NCBI GenBank assembly: GCA_027069855.1
Contig: JALXEF010000086.1
Coordinates: 1 to 57,410, forward strand
Origin: a candidate division WOR-3 bacterium
Lineage (GTDB): Bacteria > Hydrothermota > Hydrothermia > WGAB01
Length of the DNA: 57,410 nucleotides
Direction: 5' to 3'
Under the pieces are notes generated by a model. That model ran no database searches. It was not told the DNA's origin and saw only the letters and a list, made by a program, of their open reading frames with translations. This document shows, piece by piece, positions 40,406 through 50,876 of this stretch; the stretch's first letter is position 1; each line of letters opens with the position of its first letter. A program made the position numbers and the translations under genes.

Positions 40406-40465
40406 ATGGAAAAGTGGCTGGAAGTGTTCAAGGCTGGAGAGTATCCGCAGGGGTCTTTACCAAGA
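40406..40465 (+). pseudogene. 5' remnant of a Mu-like prophage protease/scaffold gene
   Basis: MEKWLEVFKAGEYPQG, then (one-base shift) VFT; resembles N-termini of Mu-like head proteases that follow MuF; similarity then ends. Confidence 0.45.
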
Positions 40466-40788
40466 AAACCGGTTAGAATTCACAATTCCGTGAGTCTTTA
40501 TAAATTGCTCGCAATAATTTGGACTTCCAAGACGATCCCGGACTGGACGAGACTATAAGCAACCGACGGCAACAGGCATAAATTAAAACTGACACTTTAG
40601 GTGGTAGTCTTGAGTTTCCAGGAACTCCAAGGATCCATGAATGCAGTCACCTCAAGCTGACAATTTTGATGGTGGCCTTAGAAGATACCGGAACCGACAG
40701 ATGCTTCTGAAAAACTGCGCAGGCTGAAGAGGATCCAACGGCATGGGGTGCCAGCATATGGCAGGGCCGTCTTTCCTGCGCTCCTGCC

Positions 40789-40995
40789 TCACCGATGGAA
40801 CCCTTCGGAGGCCCGGTTAAGCCGTCCGTCTGGATCTTCTGGGGCGGATGCTTTGTCGCGACGCACAAACCAAACCAGAACAATCATCGCTACCGCGAGG
40901 ATCGAAACCAATAGCCACAAAGGGAAAATTCCCAGGGCATCCATCAGAACAAAGAACGTCAACCAGGTAATGATTTCCAGAAGGCCCCACATCAC
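40789..40995 (-). CDS. Small two-TM membrane protein
   Basis: Two hydrophobic segments; TTGACA-17-TAAGGT promoter (41028-41000) ends 7 nt before ATG 40992. Confidence 0.55.
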   Translation of the reverse strand: MMWGLLEIITWLTFFVLMDALGIFPLWLLVSILAVAMIVLVWFVRRDKASAPEDPDGRLNRASEGFHR

Positions 40996-41230
40996 TCAAA
41001 CCTTACAAGCCATCCCTCAGAGTGTCAAGGGGAAATTCCACTGTTCCAGGACCAGGCTGCAGGAAACTTTTCCGATTTCCTCACAGAGAATCTTCTTGCC
41101 CAGAATCCTCCGGTGGATCGGGAAATCGCTGTGACCATGCCCGACCACGCAGAGCATAAATAAGCCGATCACGCTGGATGCAGGGGATTGTCATCCGGGT
41201 TCTGACCGCTCTTTGGTCTATAATGGGTGT

Positions 41231-41491
41231 ATGGGCGAGGTTGGGACTCTCATCTTGCTCGGGTTCTTAGTACCCCTCCTCCTCATCCTTATTCCCTTTC
41301 TACTGCTTGTCTCCCTACTCATTGCGCATCCATGGCTGTGGCTGGTGCTCATCGGCCTGGTGCTGCTGGGGCTCTGGCACCTTGCCACCCACGCCGAGGA
41401 GTGGGCCCAGAAACTCGGCCCGAAGGACACCGATGGCTTACCATCGCTGGATGCCGAAGCCCATCACCCCAAGGAGTTTAATCGCGGCTGA
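41231..41491 (+). CDS. Small membrane protein
   Basis: Long Leu-rich hydrophobic N-half; TATAAT at 41219-41224, 6 nt before the ATG. Confidence 0.55.
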   Translation: MGEVGTLILLGFLVPLLLILIPFLLLVSLLIAHPWLWLVLIGLVLLGLWHLATHAEEWAQKLGPKDTDGLPSLDAEAHHPKEFNRG

Positions 41492-42027
41492 AGCCGCTCC
41501 TACAAGACCAACCACCATCCTACGAAACACACTCCGATATCACTATCGCGGCTAAAGCCGCTTCTACATTTTGCAGTCCTGCGGGCTGCATCCCCTCCCC
41601 TCAATCCACGCCCACCAGGGGCGAGGACATCACAATTGGGAAAGCCAGCAGGCGCGGACGATCTACCGTGTAGCCCGACACCAGGGGCCGGGGTGATTCA
41701 ATCGCTACGGCTAAGGCTGTTCCAGAGCAGCACCCTGGTACCGCACGCCCAGATTCGTCGCGGCCAAAGCCGCTCTTACCAGATGGAACTGCGGCTGTAG
41801 GAGCCGCTTCAGCGGCAATCTACAGCTCCTACAGCAGAGATTCTCTCCAGAAAAGGATTGGGCGTCAGAGGTCCCGTGGGGTATTTAGGAGATTCATTGG
41901 AGCCGCTTTAGCGGCGATGGCAACTCTTGGACTGCGGTGCCCTGGCACCGCTTTGAAATCCTCTCCCTCAATCCCCGCCCGCCAGGGGCGAGGACGATTC
42001 GCTCGTCGCGGCTGAAGCCGCTCCTAC
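41482..42027 (-). repeat. Second REP-like cluster (mostly TCGCGGCTRAAGCCGCTCCTAC) plus a longer direct repeat
   Basis: Reverse copies at ~41482, 41546, 41758, 42006; forward variants at ~41797 and 41899; CCCTCAATCC.CGCCC.CCAGGGGCGAGGAC repeated near 41598 and 41965. Confidence 0.8.
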
Positions 42028-42134
42028 GGGTTCGCAGCGCGTCCTCCTGCCCGCCAGGGTGCCTGCAACGCTCCCGTTGCAGCGTTTCCAGAGAACGGAA
42101 AGGGGGCCGTGGCACCCGGCGTTGCAGGGAACCC

Positions 42135-42446
42135 TCAACTTCTCCAGGCCTCGTCCCAGAGCCGTTCAATTTCGCCCAGCAGTTCCTCGTAGGTCAACTC
42201 GCGCCCATCCTCCAGAGGAAACTTTTGGTCGGGATGGGGCGCGTTTTTGTGCCAGAGGTCTAAAAGCCATTCCCGGTCCGGGATCCCGTAGTCCCCGAGC
42301 GCCACGACAAACCCGTCCTCATCCACCTCAGCCAGAAAATACCCCAGCTCAACGCCCCGATACTCTCCGGCATAATACCGATCGTAGGAGAAATCCTCCC
42401 GGAGCACCAGCCACTCAAACTCATCCACATCCAGCACATACCGCAT
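42135..42446 (-). CDS. Small acidic hypothetical protein
   Basis: 103 aa, Asp/Glu- and aromatic-rich; TATCAT -10 box 6 nt upstream of the ATG. Confidence 0.7.
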   Translation of the reverse strand: MRYVLDVDEFEWLVLREDFSYDRYYAGEYRGVELGYFLAEVDEDGFVVALGDYGIPDREWLLDLWHKNAPHPDQKFPLEDGRELTYEELLGEIERLWDEAWRS

Positions 42447-42631
42447 GCCTCAATGATACTTCCTGTTGCCCGCACAGGGGGAGGAAGCATCTCGGTCTTC
42501 GTTTTTCGCAGTTTTCATGCAGGCCCCTTGGCATGTCAATGTCCGCCCCCAAACCCTGCAGACCAACCTGCGGCCCTTGCTGCGTTTACCGGCAAAACCG
42601 GGGGAACTCACCCAGGCCCGGCAAGGCCCGT

Positions 42632-44635
42632 TTACAACAGGTCTCCCAAAGAAACCGTGGGTGGGGGAAGTTGGTCAAAGGGGACCGGGTAGGAGGCCCA
42701 GAGCAGGTCTGAGAGGTCGTGGATGCGCGCCGCACGGAGCAGGGCCAGATTTCGGAGGTCCGGATTCAAGAGGTCAAAAAACGCCCCGAGATTCAGAAAC
42801 TTCCGCACCTTCCGCCAGTGTTCCAAGATTCCCAGTTCCAGGGATTCCAGGGGGACCTCCAGAACGCGACGGGGGTCCAGGGGGCCTTCCGCCCGTACTT
42901 CCAGCACCACTCCGGCGTAGTCGCGCGCCTGGAGATCCTGGAACCCCAGGGCCGAAGCCCACACAAATCCGGCCAGTGCCCCCAGGAAGTGGAAAAAGAG
43001 CCAGCGGTTGCCGGTCATCGGAAGCACGGGCACGGCCCGCGGGTCCAGCTCCGGAAACACCCGGCGTTTTACGGTCAGGCCGAGGTCCGGCGGCCACAGG
43101 GCCGCGCCCTTGCCCTTGAACACCTTGCGGCCGGTGGGCGCCACGGTTTGCACCTCCTCCACGAACACGCGGTTTCGCTGCACCGTGACCACCTGCCAGA
43201 ACCGGCCCTTCAGGGCGAAGGAGGGTGCCAGTTTTTCAATGGTGCCGATGTGCTCTCCGGTAAGAATGTGGTACACCTCGTACTCGGCGGGATGGTCCTC
43301 AATGTTGGAATGAATCCGGCCGAGGCCAGCGAGGCGGCGGCCCCTGGGGCCGAGGAACAGCAGGCCAGGCGGACGCCGCTCCAGGTATCCGGACTCCACG
43401 AGGTGCACCAGCAGGGGTGCCAGGTCGGGGGCAAAGATTTCCAGGGGCTCCAGGATGTCGGCCAGCGCCGATTCCGGCACCCCGGGCCGCTGTCGCTGGA
43501 GCGCGTAGGACAGGATCTGCTGAACAGCCACCGAGGGCGCGGGCTCGTGGCGGAAGGGTTCCACCTCACCCTGCCGCGCCCGGTCGAACAGCACCTCGTA
43601 GAACACGCGTTCCAGCGGAGGGCCGTACAGGCCCACCACCCGCAGAAAGGTCCGGCGGCGGTTCCCCCGGCCCACCCGCTGCAGGAAGGTGGCCACCGAA
43701 TCGGGCGGCCGCAGTAACACCACGAGGTCAATGTCGCCCACATCGATGCCGAGTTCCAGGGTGGGGGTGGCCACGACGATGCCCCACGGGTGGCGGAGCA
43801 TGGCCTGTTCCACGGCCTCGCGTTCCCGCTTGCTCAAACTCGCGTGGTGGGTCCACACGGCATGGGGATAGGCCACCAGTTGCCGCAGTTTGCCGGCCAC
43901 ATACTCGGCGTCGCGGCGGGTGGGGGCGAAGAAGAGCACCTTCCGCAGGTCTTCGTCCCGCATCAACTGGAGCACCCGGCGGAGGGCACCCTTGCGGGGG
44001 AACAGGGTGGCCTGCAGTTCCCGCGGCGCCCGGTGTTCCACGATCTCGGCCCCTTCGCCGAGGAACCGCCGGGCCACCCGTTCGGCCTCGGACACCGTGG
44101 CCGAGAGGGCGATCTTCTGGTAGGGAACCCGCCGGAGCCGGTCCAGGCGGCGGGTCAGCACCCGCACCTGGTCGCCCCGATAGGACTGGGCGTACAGGTG
44201 CACCTCGTCCAGGATCAGCACCTCCACGGTTTGGAACACCGCCGGGTGCCGTGCCAGCAAGGAATCCCAGGATTCGGGGGTGGTGATCAGCACATCGCTG
44301 GGCTTCTCGGGCCGGAACTCCGGGTGGTCGCCGGTCCTCCGCCGCACGGTTAGCCCCATCTGCTGCAAGGGCGTCTGGAGCCGGGCATAGAGGTCGTTGA
44401 CCAGAGCCCGGGTGGGGGTCACATAGAGGATGGACAGCGGTGGCCAGCCCGCCTGCTTGCGGCGCTCAGCCACTGGAGCCATCACGGCCTCGGTTTTGCC
44501 CGACGCCGCCGGCGATACCACCAGCACCGACTTCCCCTGAAGGATCGGCGGCACAGCCTTCTCCTGGATCGGGCGCAGGGCCCCGAACCGGCCGAAGAAG
44601 GGATGCCAGGCATGGGGCAGGAGGTCCTTCAGCAT
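42632..44635 (-). CDS. Lhr-like DEAD/DEAH box helicase
   Basis: PAASGKTEA, PTRAL.ND, RTGD, TTPES, DEVH, SAT, HHASLS, TLELGIDVG, QRVGR. Confidence 0.92.
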   Translation of the reverse strand: MLKDLLPHAWHPFFGRFGALRPIQEKAVPPILQGKSVLVVSPAASGKTEAVMAPVAERRKQAGWPPLSILYVTPTRALVNDLYARLQTPLQQMGLTVRRRTGDHPEFRPEKPSDVLITTPESWDSLLARHPAVFQTVEVLILDEVHLYAQSYRGDQVRVLTRRLDRLRRVPYQKIALSATVSEAERVARRFLGEGAEIVEHRAPRELQATLFPRKGALRRVLQLMRDEDLRKVLFFAPTRRDAEYVAGKLRQLVAYPHAVWTHHASLSKREREAVEQAMLRHPWGIVVATPTLELGIDVGDIDLVVLLRPPDSVATFLQRVGRGNRRRTFLRVVGLYGPPLERVFYEVLFDRARQGEVEPFRHEPAPSVAVQQILSYALQRQRPGVPESALADILEPLEIFAPDLAPLLVHLVESGYLERRPPGLLFLGPRGRRLAGLGRIHSNIEDHPAEYEVYHILTGEHIGTIEKLAPSFALKGRFWQVVTVQRNRVFVEEVQTVAPTGRKVFKGKGAALWPPDLGLTVKRRVFPELDPRAVPVLPMTGNRWLFFHFLGALAGFVWASALGFQDLQARDYAGVVLEVRAEGPLDPRRVLEVPLESLELGILEHWRKVRKFLNLGAFFDLLNPDLRNLALLRAARIHDLSDLLWASYPVPFDQLPPPTVSLGDLL

Positions 44636-46368
44636 CAGAACATGTGGCCAAGGGCCAGGTACAAACGCCCCTTATAGCCGGGCGTGCGATCCTGCAGCCG
44701 ATAGCCCCAGTCCAGGCGCACCGGGCCGATGGGCGTGAAGTAGCGGATGCCCAGCCCCGCGGTCCAGAGGATCCGGAACTGCTGCCGCATCTCGGGCACG
44801 CTGAACCACAGGTTGCCGCCGTCCAGGAACAGCGCGCCGCCCCACCGGCCGTTGCGGTACCGGAGTTCCAGGTTGAGGTTCAGGAGCAGGTTGCCGGAGT
44901 GCACCTCCGGGTTGTCGGGGTCCACCGGCCCCACGGACCGGTCGGCGTACCCCCGCAGGCTGCCCTCGCCGCCCATGAAGAACCGTTCGCTGGAGGGAAT
45001 GGTGCGGCTGGTGCCATAGGGCCGCTGATAGCCGCTCCGGAACCGTCCGGCCACCACCCAATGGCTCCGGTGGGGCGCGTAGTAGCTGAAGTCCAGGATT
45101 GCCCGGTAAAAGGTGTTGTCGCCACCCAGCACCGGGCCACCGGCGTTCTGGAGTTTAAGGGAGGCGAAGGCCCCGCGCCGGGGGTCAAACAGGTTGTCCC
45201 GGCTGTCCCAGAGGCCGATGAAGATCAGCGAGTTGATGAGCGGGCCCGACCGGGACGGTTGCAGCGGCGTCCGTTTCCACTCCACCGCGCCGGTAAACGA
45301 AAGGTAGGGGCTGGCGATCCAGAGCAGCTGCAGGTCCACCCCGTACTCCTCCTTTTTCACCTGCAGATCGCGCTCGTAAAAGGGGTGGGCCGTGGCCTTC
45401 AGCGGGCTGCCCAGGAAATAGGGCTCGCTGTACGAAATCTCCACGCGCCGGCGCTGCCAGCGCTCCTGCCAGGTTTCCTGCGAGAAATCCAGGAGCCCCT
45501 CGGTGCGCATCTCCAGCCGCTGGTTGTTGCCAAAGAGGTTCCGGTGCCCCAGGGAAACCTGGAACTCGGCAAACAGGGGCTGGCGCCAGCCGCCACCGAT
45601 CTCCAGGTACCGGGGCTTGACCTCGTGGAGCTCCAGGACCAGCACCACGGTGTCGCCCTCGGCGTTCACCGGTTCCAGGCGGCGGAGCACCGAGGAAAAG
45701 AGGCCGGTGAGGTAGATGTTCCGGATGGATTCCAGCACCCTGGAGGCCTGGTACACGCAGGGCGGATGGAACCGCAGTTCCCGCAGCACGATCTGCCGGC
45801 GCACCTGATGGAGACCCCGGAGTTCCACCCGCTGGATCACCACCCGGGGCCCCTCTTCCACCTGGAACTGCACCTCAAAGGTATCGGGCCGCAGTTCCTG
45901 TTGCCGGATGCGGACTGAGGCGTAGGGGAATCCCTGTTCGGCATACAGGTTGAGGAGATCGGACTCCAGGCGATGCAGGTCGTCCACATCGTAGGGCCGG
46001 GGTGTGCGGTACCGGTGGAACAACCGGGCCACGAGCAGGGAATCCAGTTGTTGCACCCCGGCATAGGTGAGCCGGGCGATCACGGCCCTGGGCCCCTCGT
46101 AGAGCCAGAGTTCAATGTCCACGCCCTCGGGGGTTTGCCGCACCTCCTTTTGCACCACCCGAAAGTGCCGATAGCCGGCGTTCCGGTAAAACTCTTCCAG
46201 GCGGATCAGGCCCGCGTGGAACAGCGCCTGGGAAAAGGTCTGGCCCGGCCGCAGGCGCAGCACCGTAACCAGTTCCTTCGGGGGAAAGGCGTGGGCTCCG
46301 TGGATTTGCACCGAGCGCACCGGCACCCCGACCAGCCAGGCGGTAAGGATCAGGGAACCGATGCCGAT
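44635..46368 (-). CDS. Omp85 BamA/TamA family outer membrane protein with POTRA domains
   Basis: Three POTRA-like units; ERFFMGGEGSLRGY, F.DGGN, GLGIRY.TPIGPVRLDWG, terminal F. Start probably upstream of GTG 46326 (ATC 46368). Confidence 0.9.
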   Translation of the reverse strand: MGIGSLILTAWLVGVPVRSVQIHGAHAFPPKELVTVLRLRPGQTFSQALFHAGLIRLEEFYRNAGYRHFRVVQKEVRQTPEGVDIELWLYEGPRAVIARLTYAGVQQLDSLLVARLFHRYRTPRPYDVDDLHRLESDLLNLYAEQGFPYASVRIRQQELRPDTFEVQFQVEEGPRVVIQRVELRGLHQVRRQIVLRELRFHPPCVYQASRVLESIRNIYLTGLFSSVLRRLEPVNAEGDTVVLVLELHEVKPRYLEIGGGWRQPLFAEFQVSLGHRNLFGNNQRLEMRTEGLLDFSQETWQERWQRRRVEISYSEPYFLGSPLKATAHPFYERDLQVKKEEYGVDLQLLWIASPYLSFTGAVEWKRTPLQPSRSGPLINSLIFIGLWDSRDNLFDPRRGAFASLKLQNAGGPVLGGDNTFYRAILDFSYYAPHRSHWVVAGRFRSGYQRPYGTSRTIPSSERFFMGGEGSLRGYADRSVGPVDPDNPEVHSGNLLLNLNLELRYRNGRWGGALFLDGGNLWFSVPEMRQQFRILWTAGLGIRYFTPIGPVRLDWGYRLQDRTPGYKGRLYLALGHMF

Positions 46369-46381
46369 GGTTTCACCTCCG

Positions 46382-47545
<1,164 letters not shown>

Positions 47546-47589
47546 GGAAACCTTCCTCCTTCTTGTTTTTCAGATCGCCCCGTCGGGCG

Positions 47590-48198
47590 TTATGGCCGAA
47601 ACCGAATCCCCTCCGACCGGGTAAACACCCCCCGATACAAAAAGGTGATCTGGCGCAGCGTGGCCCAGAGGTCAAAGGGATGGAGCGCCGAGATGGCGTC
47701 TACAGGGACCACCACCTTGTAAAAGCGCAGCGCGGCGCTGCCAGCCGTGTGGAGCACGCAGATGTTGGCCACGGTGCCGGTGACCACCACATGGCGAATG
47801 CCAAAGAGCCGCAGGTACTCGTCCAGCGGGGTGCCGTAGAAGCCGTCGTACCGGGTTTTCCGGATAAGGATGTCGCCTTCCTGGGGTTTCAGGTCGTCCA
47901 CGATCTCCCAGCCCGGGGTGCCTTCTACCACGTGCTCGCCCCAGAGGGCGAACTCGGGGTCCTCCTTCAGGTGGGTATCCAGGGTGTAGAACACCCGGAC
48001 CCCGGCGCTCCGGGCCTGCTGCAGGAGTTTCCGGATCACCGGCACGGTTTGGGGCGCGGTGGGCACGGGCAGTTTGCCCGTGGGTTCCACGAAGTCGCGC
48101 TGCATGTCCACCACGATGAGGGCGGTTTCCCGCGCCGGCAGTTCCACGGTTTCGGTAAAGGGAATCTCGGGGAGTTCCACGGTTTTCGGGATGTTCAT
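47590..48198 (-). CDS. Isochorismatase-family cysteine hydrolase
   Basis: ALIVVDMQ.DF, H...GT.G, K.RY..F.GT.L, G...NICV. Start ATG 48198 behind GGAGGTG. Confidence 0.92.
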   Translation of the reverse strand: MNIPKTVELPEIPFTETVELPARETALIVVDMQRDFVEPTGKLPVPTAPQTVPVIRKLLQQARSAGVRVFYTLDTHLKEDPEFALWGEHVVEGTPGWEIVDDLKPQEGDILIRKTRYDGFYGTPLDEYLRLFGIRHVVVTGTVANICVLHTAGSAALRFYKVVVPVDAISALHPFDLWATLRQITFLYRGVFTRSEGIRFRP

Positions 48199-48205
48199 GG
48201 CCTTT

Positions 48206-48901
48206 TCACCTCCCTTGGGCTGCCTGGACAAAGGCCTGGAACAGGATTCGGGCCTCCGGCCCGTCCAGCATGCGTTCCGGATGGAACTGCACCCCCAGCA
48301 CAAAGTGGTCGGGGTCGGTGCCCTCCACGGCCTCAATGGTACCGTCGGAGGCCCAGGCCACATCCCGAAGCCCCTCCCCCAGGTGATGGATGGCCTGGTG
48401 GTGGTACGAGTTGACCACCACGGTGTCCCGGCCCAGGAGCCGATACAGCAGGCTTTCGGGGTCAATGGAAATCCGATGGTAAATCGCCTCTTCCTGCCGT
48501 CGGGGGGCGTGCTGCTGGCCGGTTTCCAGGTGCTGGATCAGGGTGCCGCCGTAGGCTACATTCAGGATCTGGATCCCGCGACAGATGGCGAAAATGGGGA
48601 GTCTCCGGCGCCGGGCCTCCTGAATCATCAGGAGCTCAAAGGCGTCGCGTTCGGGATCGGGCCCCCAGACCCGTACGGGGTCCTGGTTGTAAACCAGGGC
48701 GGCAATGTCGCCGCCGCCGGTGAGCAGGAGGCCGTCCACCAGGTCCAGCAGGGCTTCCACGCGGGCGAGCGAGCGGGTAAAGGGAAAGATCAGCGGCAGA
48801 GCGCCGGCCTGGGCCACACCGTCCACATAGGAAAAGCCCACTTCGTACAGCGGGCCGTGGGAGCCCCGACGGCTCCCGGGAATCACGCCAATCCGCACCA
48901 T
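48206..48901 (-). CDS. Peptidase C26 / gamma-glutamyl-GABA hydrolase family
   Basis: GLLLTGGGDI, RD.FE, AICRG.Q.LNVA.GGTL, VNSYHHQA, GVQFHPE. Confidence 0.92.
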   Translation of the reverse strand: MVRIGVIPGSRRGSHGPLYEVGFSYVDGVAQAGALPLIFPFTRSLARVEALLDLVDGLLLTGGGDIAALVYNQDPVRVWGPDPERDAFELLMIQEARRRRLPIFAICRGIQILNVAYGGTLIQHLETGQQHAPRRQEEAIYHRISIDPESLLYRLLGRDTVVVNSYHHQAIHHLGEGLRDVAWASDGTIEAVEGTDPDHFVLGVQFHPERMLDGPEARILFQAFVQAAQGR

Positions 48902-48911
48902 GGCGAAAATT

Positions 48912-50081
48912 TTACGGCCACGGCCCCCAGCGGGCCTTGAACCCCCGGACATCGGTATGCACGAAGGGGGTCCGGTGGGTTTCAGGTTTCCAGTCGTACA
49001 CGCCGATGCCGCCCACCAGGCCCGTTTCCTGTTCCACGCGCTCAAAGAGGAGGGCCAGCCACTGGGCGTCGCGCACATCCACGCGGCCGTCGTGGTTCAG
49101 GTCATCCATGGCACCGTCGCCGTCCAGGTCCACATACACATCCGCCGCCCGGCCGTAGGTGTGCATGCTAAAGCGGCCGTTGCCCAGTTTGGCGTTGTAC
49201 CAGGGGGTGCGGTAGCCGCTCATGATCACGAAGTCGGCCAGATGCCCCAGGCGCAGGGCCACCTCCAGCTTGCGGAGCAGGCTGGGCTCCAGGTAAAGGA
49301 ACCGGGGATGGCTGGTGGGCTCATGGCACAGGAACTCGCCCAGCAGGAAATGGGGCGACACCTGCAGGCTCTCCTCGGCCGCGGTCCGGACCGGCACCAG
49401 CGGCACAGGTTGCCGGTAGATCCAGCGGTGGGCCCGCAGGAACAGCGACCAGGTGGAATCCGGCCCCCGATCGTAGGAGCCCACCCGGAACCCCTGGATC
49501 ACGGTGTCCACGGAATCGGGCGAAATTGGCACGGCCAGCACCCACCGGCGCTGGGCCTCCACCCGCACCTCGCTGGTCGGCACCGCCGGCCCTTCCCATC
49601 GCCAGATCTGCACGGTTTGCACCCACACCGGGTACACGCCGGGCCGTGCGGGCACGGGCAGCCGCACCGGATAGGCCTCCCGAGGCACGGTGAGGGTTTG
49701 CCGGTTCCCGAGGATCACGCGGGTGGTTTCGGCCGCAAGGTAAAAGTAGCCCCGCAGAGTGTCGCGGTACCAGGAAAGGTGCAGGCTGTCCACCGAATGC
49801 ACCTGCTGGAGCACTTCGGGGTCCTTCAAAAAGCGGGTCACGGGGGACTCCACCCAGGGCACGAGGTCCAGGATAGTGCCGGCCTCGGCATAGCCCAGCC
49901 ACACCAGCGAATCGGCCATCGGCCGCCCGCAGTGGCGGAGCACCAGCTGGCCGTGCAGGGTACCGGCACGAGGGAACCGGGCCTCCAGGGGTACCGGACG
50001 ATGCGGCACGCAGGCCCCGGCCCAGAGGCCCAGCAGGGCCACCAGCACCACCAGTTCAGCCTTCCAGCGGTTCCAGGTCAT
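48912..50081 (-). CDS. Lipoprotein with C-terminal peptidase M15 (D-Ala-D-Ala carboxypeptidase-like) domain
   Basis: Lipobox AGAC; VSPHF.L.EF.C, SGYRTP.YN, S.H.YG.AAD, EF-hand-like DLDGDG..DDLN.DG, FVHTDVRG. Confidence 0.88.
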   Translation of the reverse strand: MTWNRWKAELVVLVALLGLWAGACVPHRPVPLEARFPRAGTLHGQLVLRHCGRPMADSLVWLGYAEAGTILDLVPWVESPVTRFLKDPEVLQQVHSVDSLHLSWYRDTLRGYFYLAAETTRVILGNRQTLTVPREAYPVRLPVPARPGVYPVWVQTVQIWRWEGPAVPTSEVRVEAQRRWVLAVPISPDSVDTVIQGFRVGSYDRGPDSTWSLFLRAHRWIYRQPVPLVPVRTAAEESLQVSPHFLLGEFLCHEPTSHPRFLYLEPSLLRKLEVALRLGHLADFVIMSGYRTPWYNAKLGNGRFSMHTYGRAADVYVDLDGDGAMDDLNHDGRVDVRDAQWLALLFERVEQETGLVGGIGVYDWKPETHRTPFVHTDVRGFKARWGPWP

Positions 50082-50859
50082 GGAACACCTCTTTCAGGGC
50101 TTGCAACACCCGGGTTTTCAGGGTTTGCAGTTCCTCTTCGGTTTCGGCGGAAAGGGTGATTTCCAGAGGGATGTTGGTGCGGCGATCAAACAACTCGGGC
50201 TTGGACTTGAAGTAGGCCTGGGGAAACCGGCGCCGGAGCGGCCGGAGCCGGCGTTCAATGACGGATTCGTCGGCCAGGCCCGTGCGCACCCGAAGCACCC
50301 GCATCCGGCGTTTGGGGGCGAGGTGTTGCCGCACCCAGGGCAACACCTCGTGGTCCAGGAAGGCCTGCATCTCCCGGGGCACCCCGGGCAGGGCGAACAC
50401 CACCAGGCCGCAGTGCACCAGGCGCACCGCAGGGGCGGTGCCCACGCGGTTCGGCAGAGGCACGCTTCCCCTGGGCAGGAGGGCCATCTTCCGGCGCTCC
50501 GGTGTCAACCCGGGCTCGGGCACCTTGCCCTCGCGGTACAGGGCATCGTAGCGCTCTTTGACCATCTGCAGGGCCTCGGGGTGGGGCTCCAGGGGCAGGT
50601 CCAGGGCACGGGCGATGCCGGCGAGGGTCAGGTCGTCTTCGGTGGGCCCCAGGCCGCCAGTGGTCACAAGAAGCCGGGTGCCCCGATGCCGGGCCTCGCG
50701 CACGGCCGCCGCGATCTCCTCCAGATTGTCGTCCACGGTGGTTATCCGATGGGGCCGCAGGCCCAGGGGGGTCAGGGCCTGAGCCAGCACATGGGCGTTG
50801 GTGTTCAGGGTGAGGCCGGCCAATATCTCCCGGCCAACGGTCACGATTTCCACCCGCAT
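50056..50859 (-). CDS. CinA-like molybdopterin-binding (COG1058) protein lacking the PncC domain
   Basis: VG.EIL.G...NTN, TGGLGPT.DD.T, N.VGTAP, LPGVP.EM; 267 aa. Confidence 0.9.
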   Translation of the reverse strand: MRVEIVTVGREILAGLTLNTNAHVLAQALTPLGLRPHRITTVDDNLEEIAAAVREARHRGTRLLVTTGGLGPTEDDLTLAGIARALDLPLEPHPEALQMVKERYDALYREGKVPEPGLTPERRKMALLPRGSVPLPNRVGTAPAVRLVHCGLVVFALPGVPREMQAFLDHEVLPWVRQHLAPKRRMRVLRVRTGLADESVIERRLRPLRRRFPQAYFKSKPELFDRRTNIPLEITLSAETEEELQTLKTRVLQALKEVFHDLEPLEG

Positions 50860-50876
50860 GGCTGTATTATAGCGGC

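Noticed and set aside
10926-42027. Island as a transposon, CAST or integrative element
   Set aside because: No transposase, integrase, tns genes, tRNA att site or target-site duplication recognised.
42632-44635. Lhr-like helicase as part of a BREX/DISARM-type defence system
   Set aside because: No partner ATPase or methylase genes; it is coupled to housekeeping genes outside the REP boundary.
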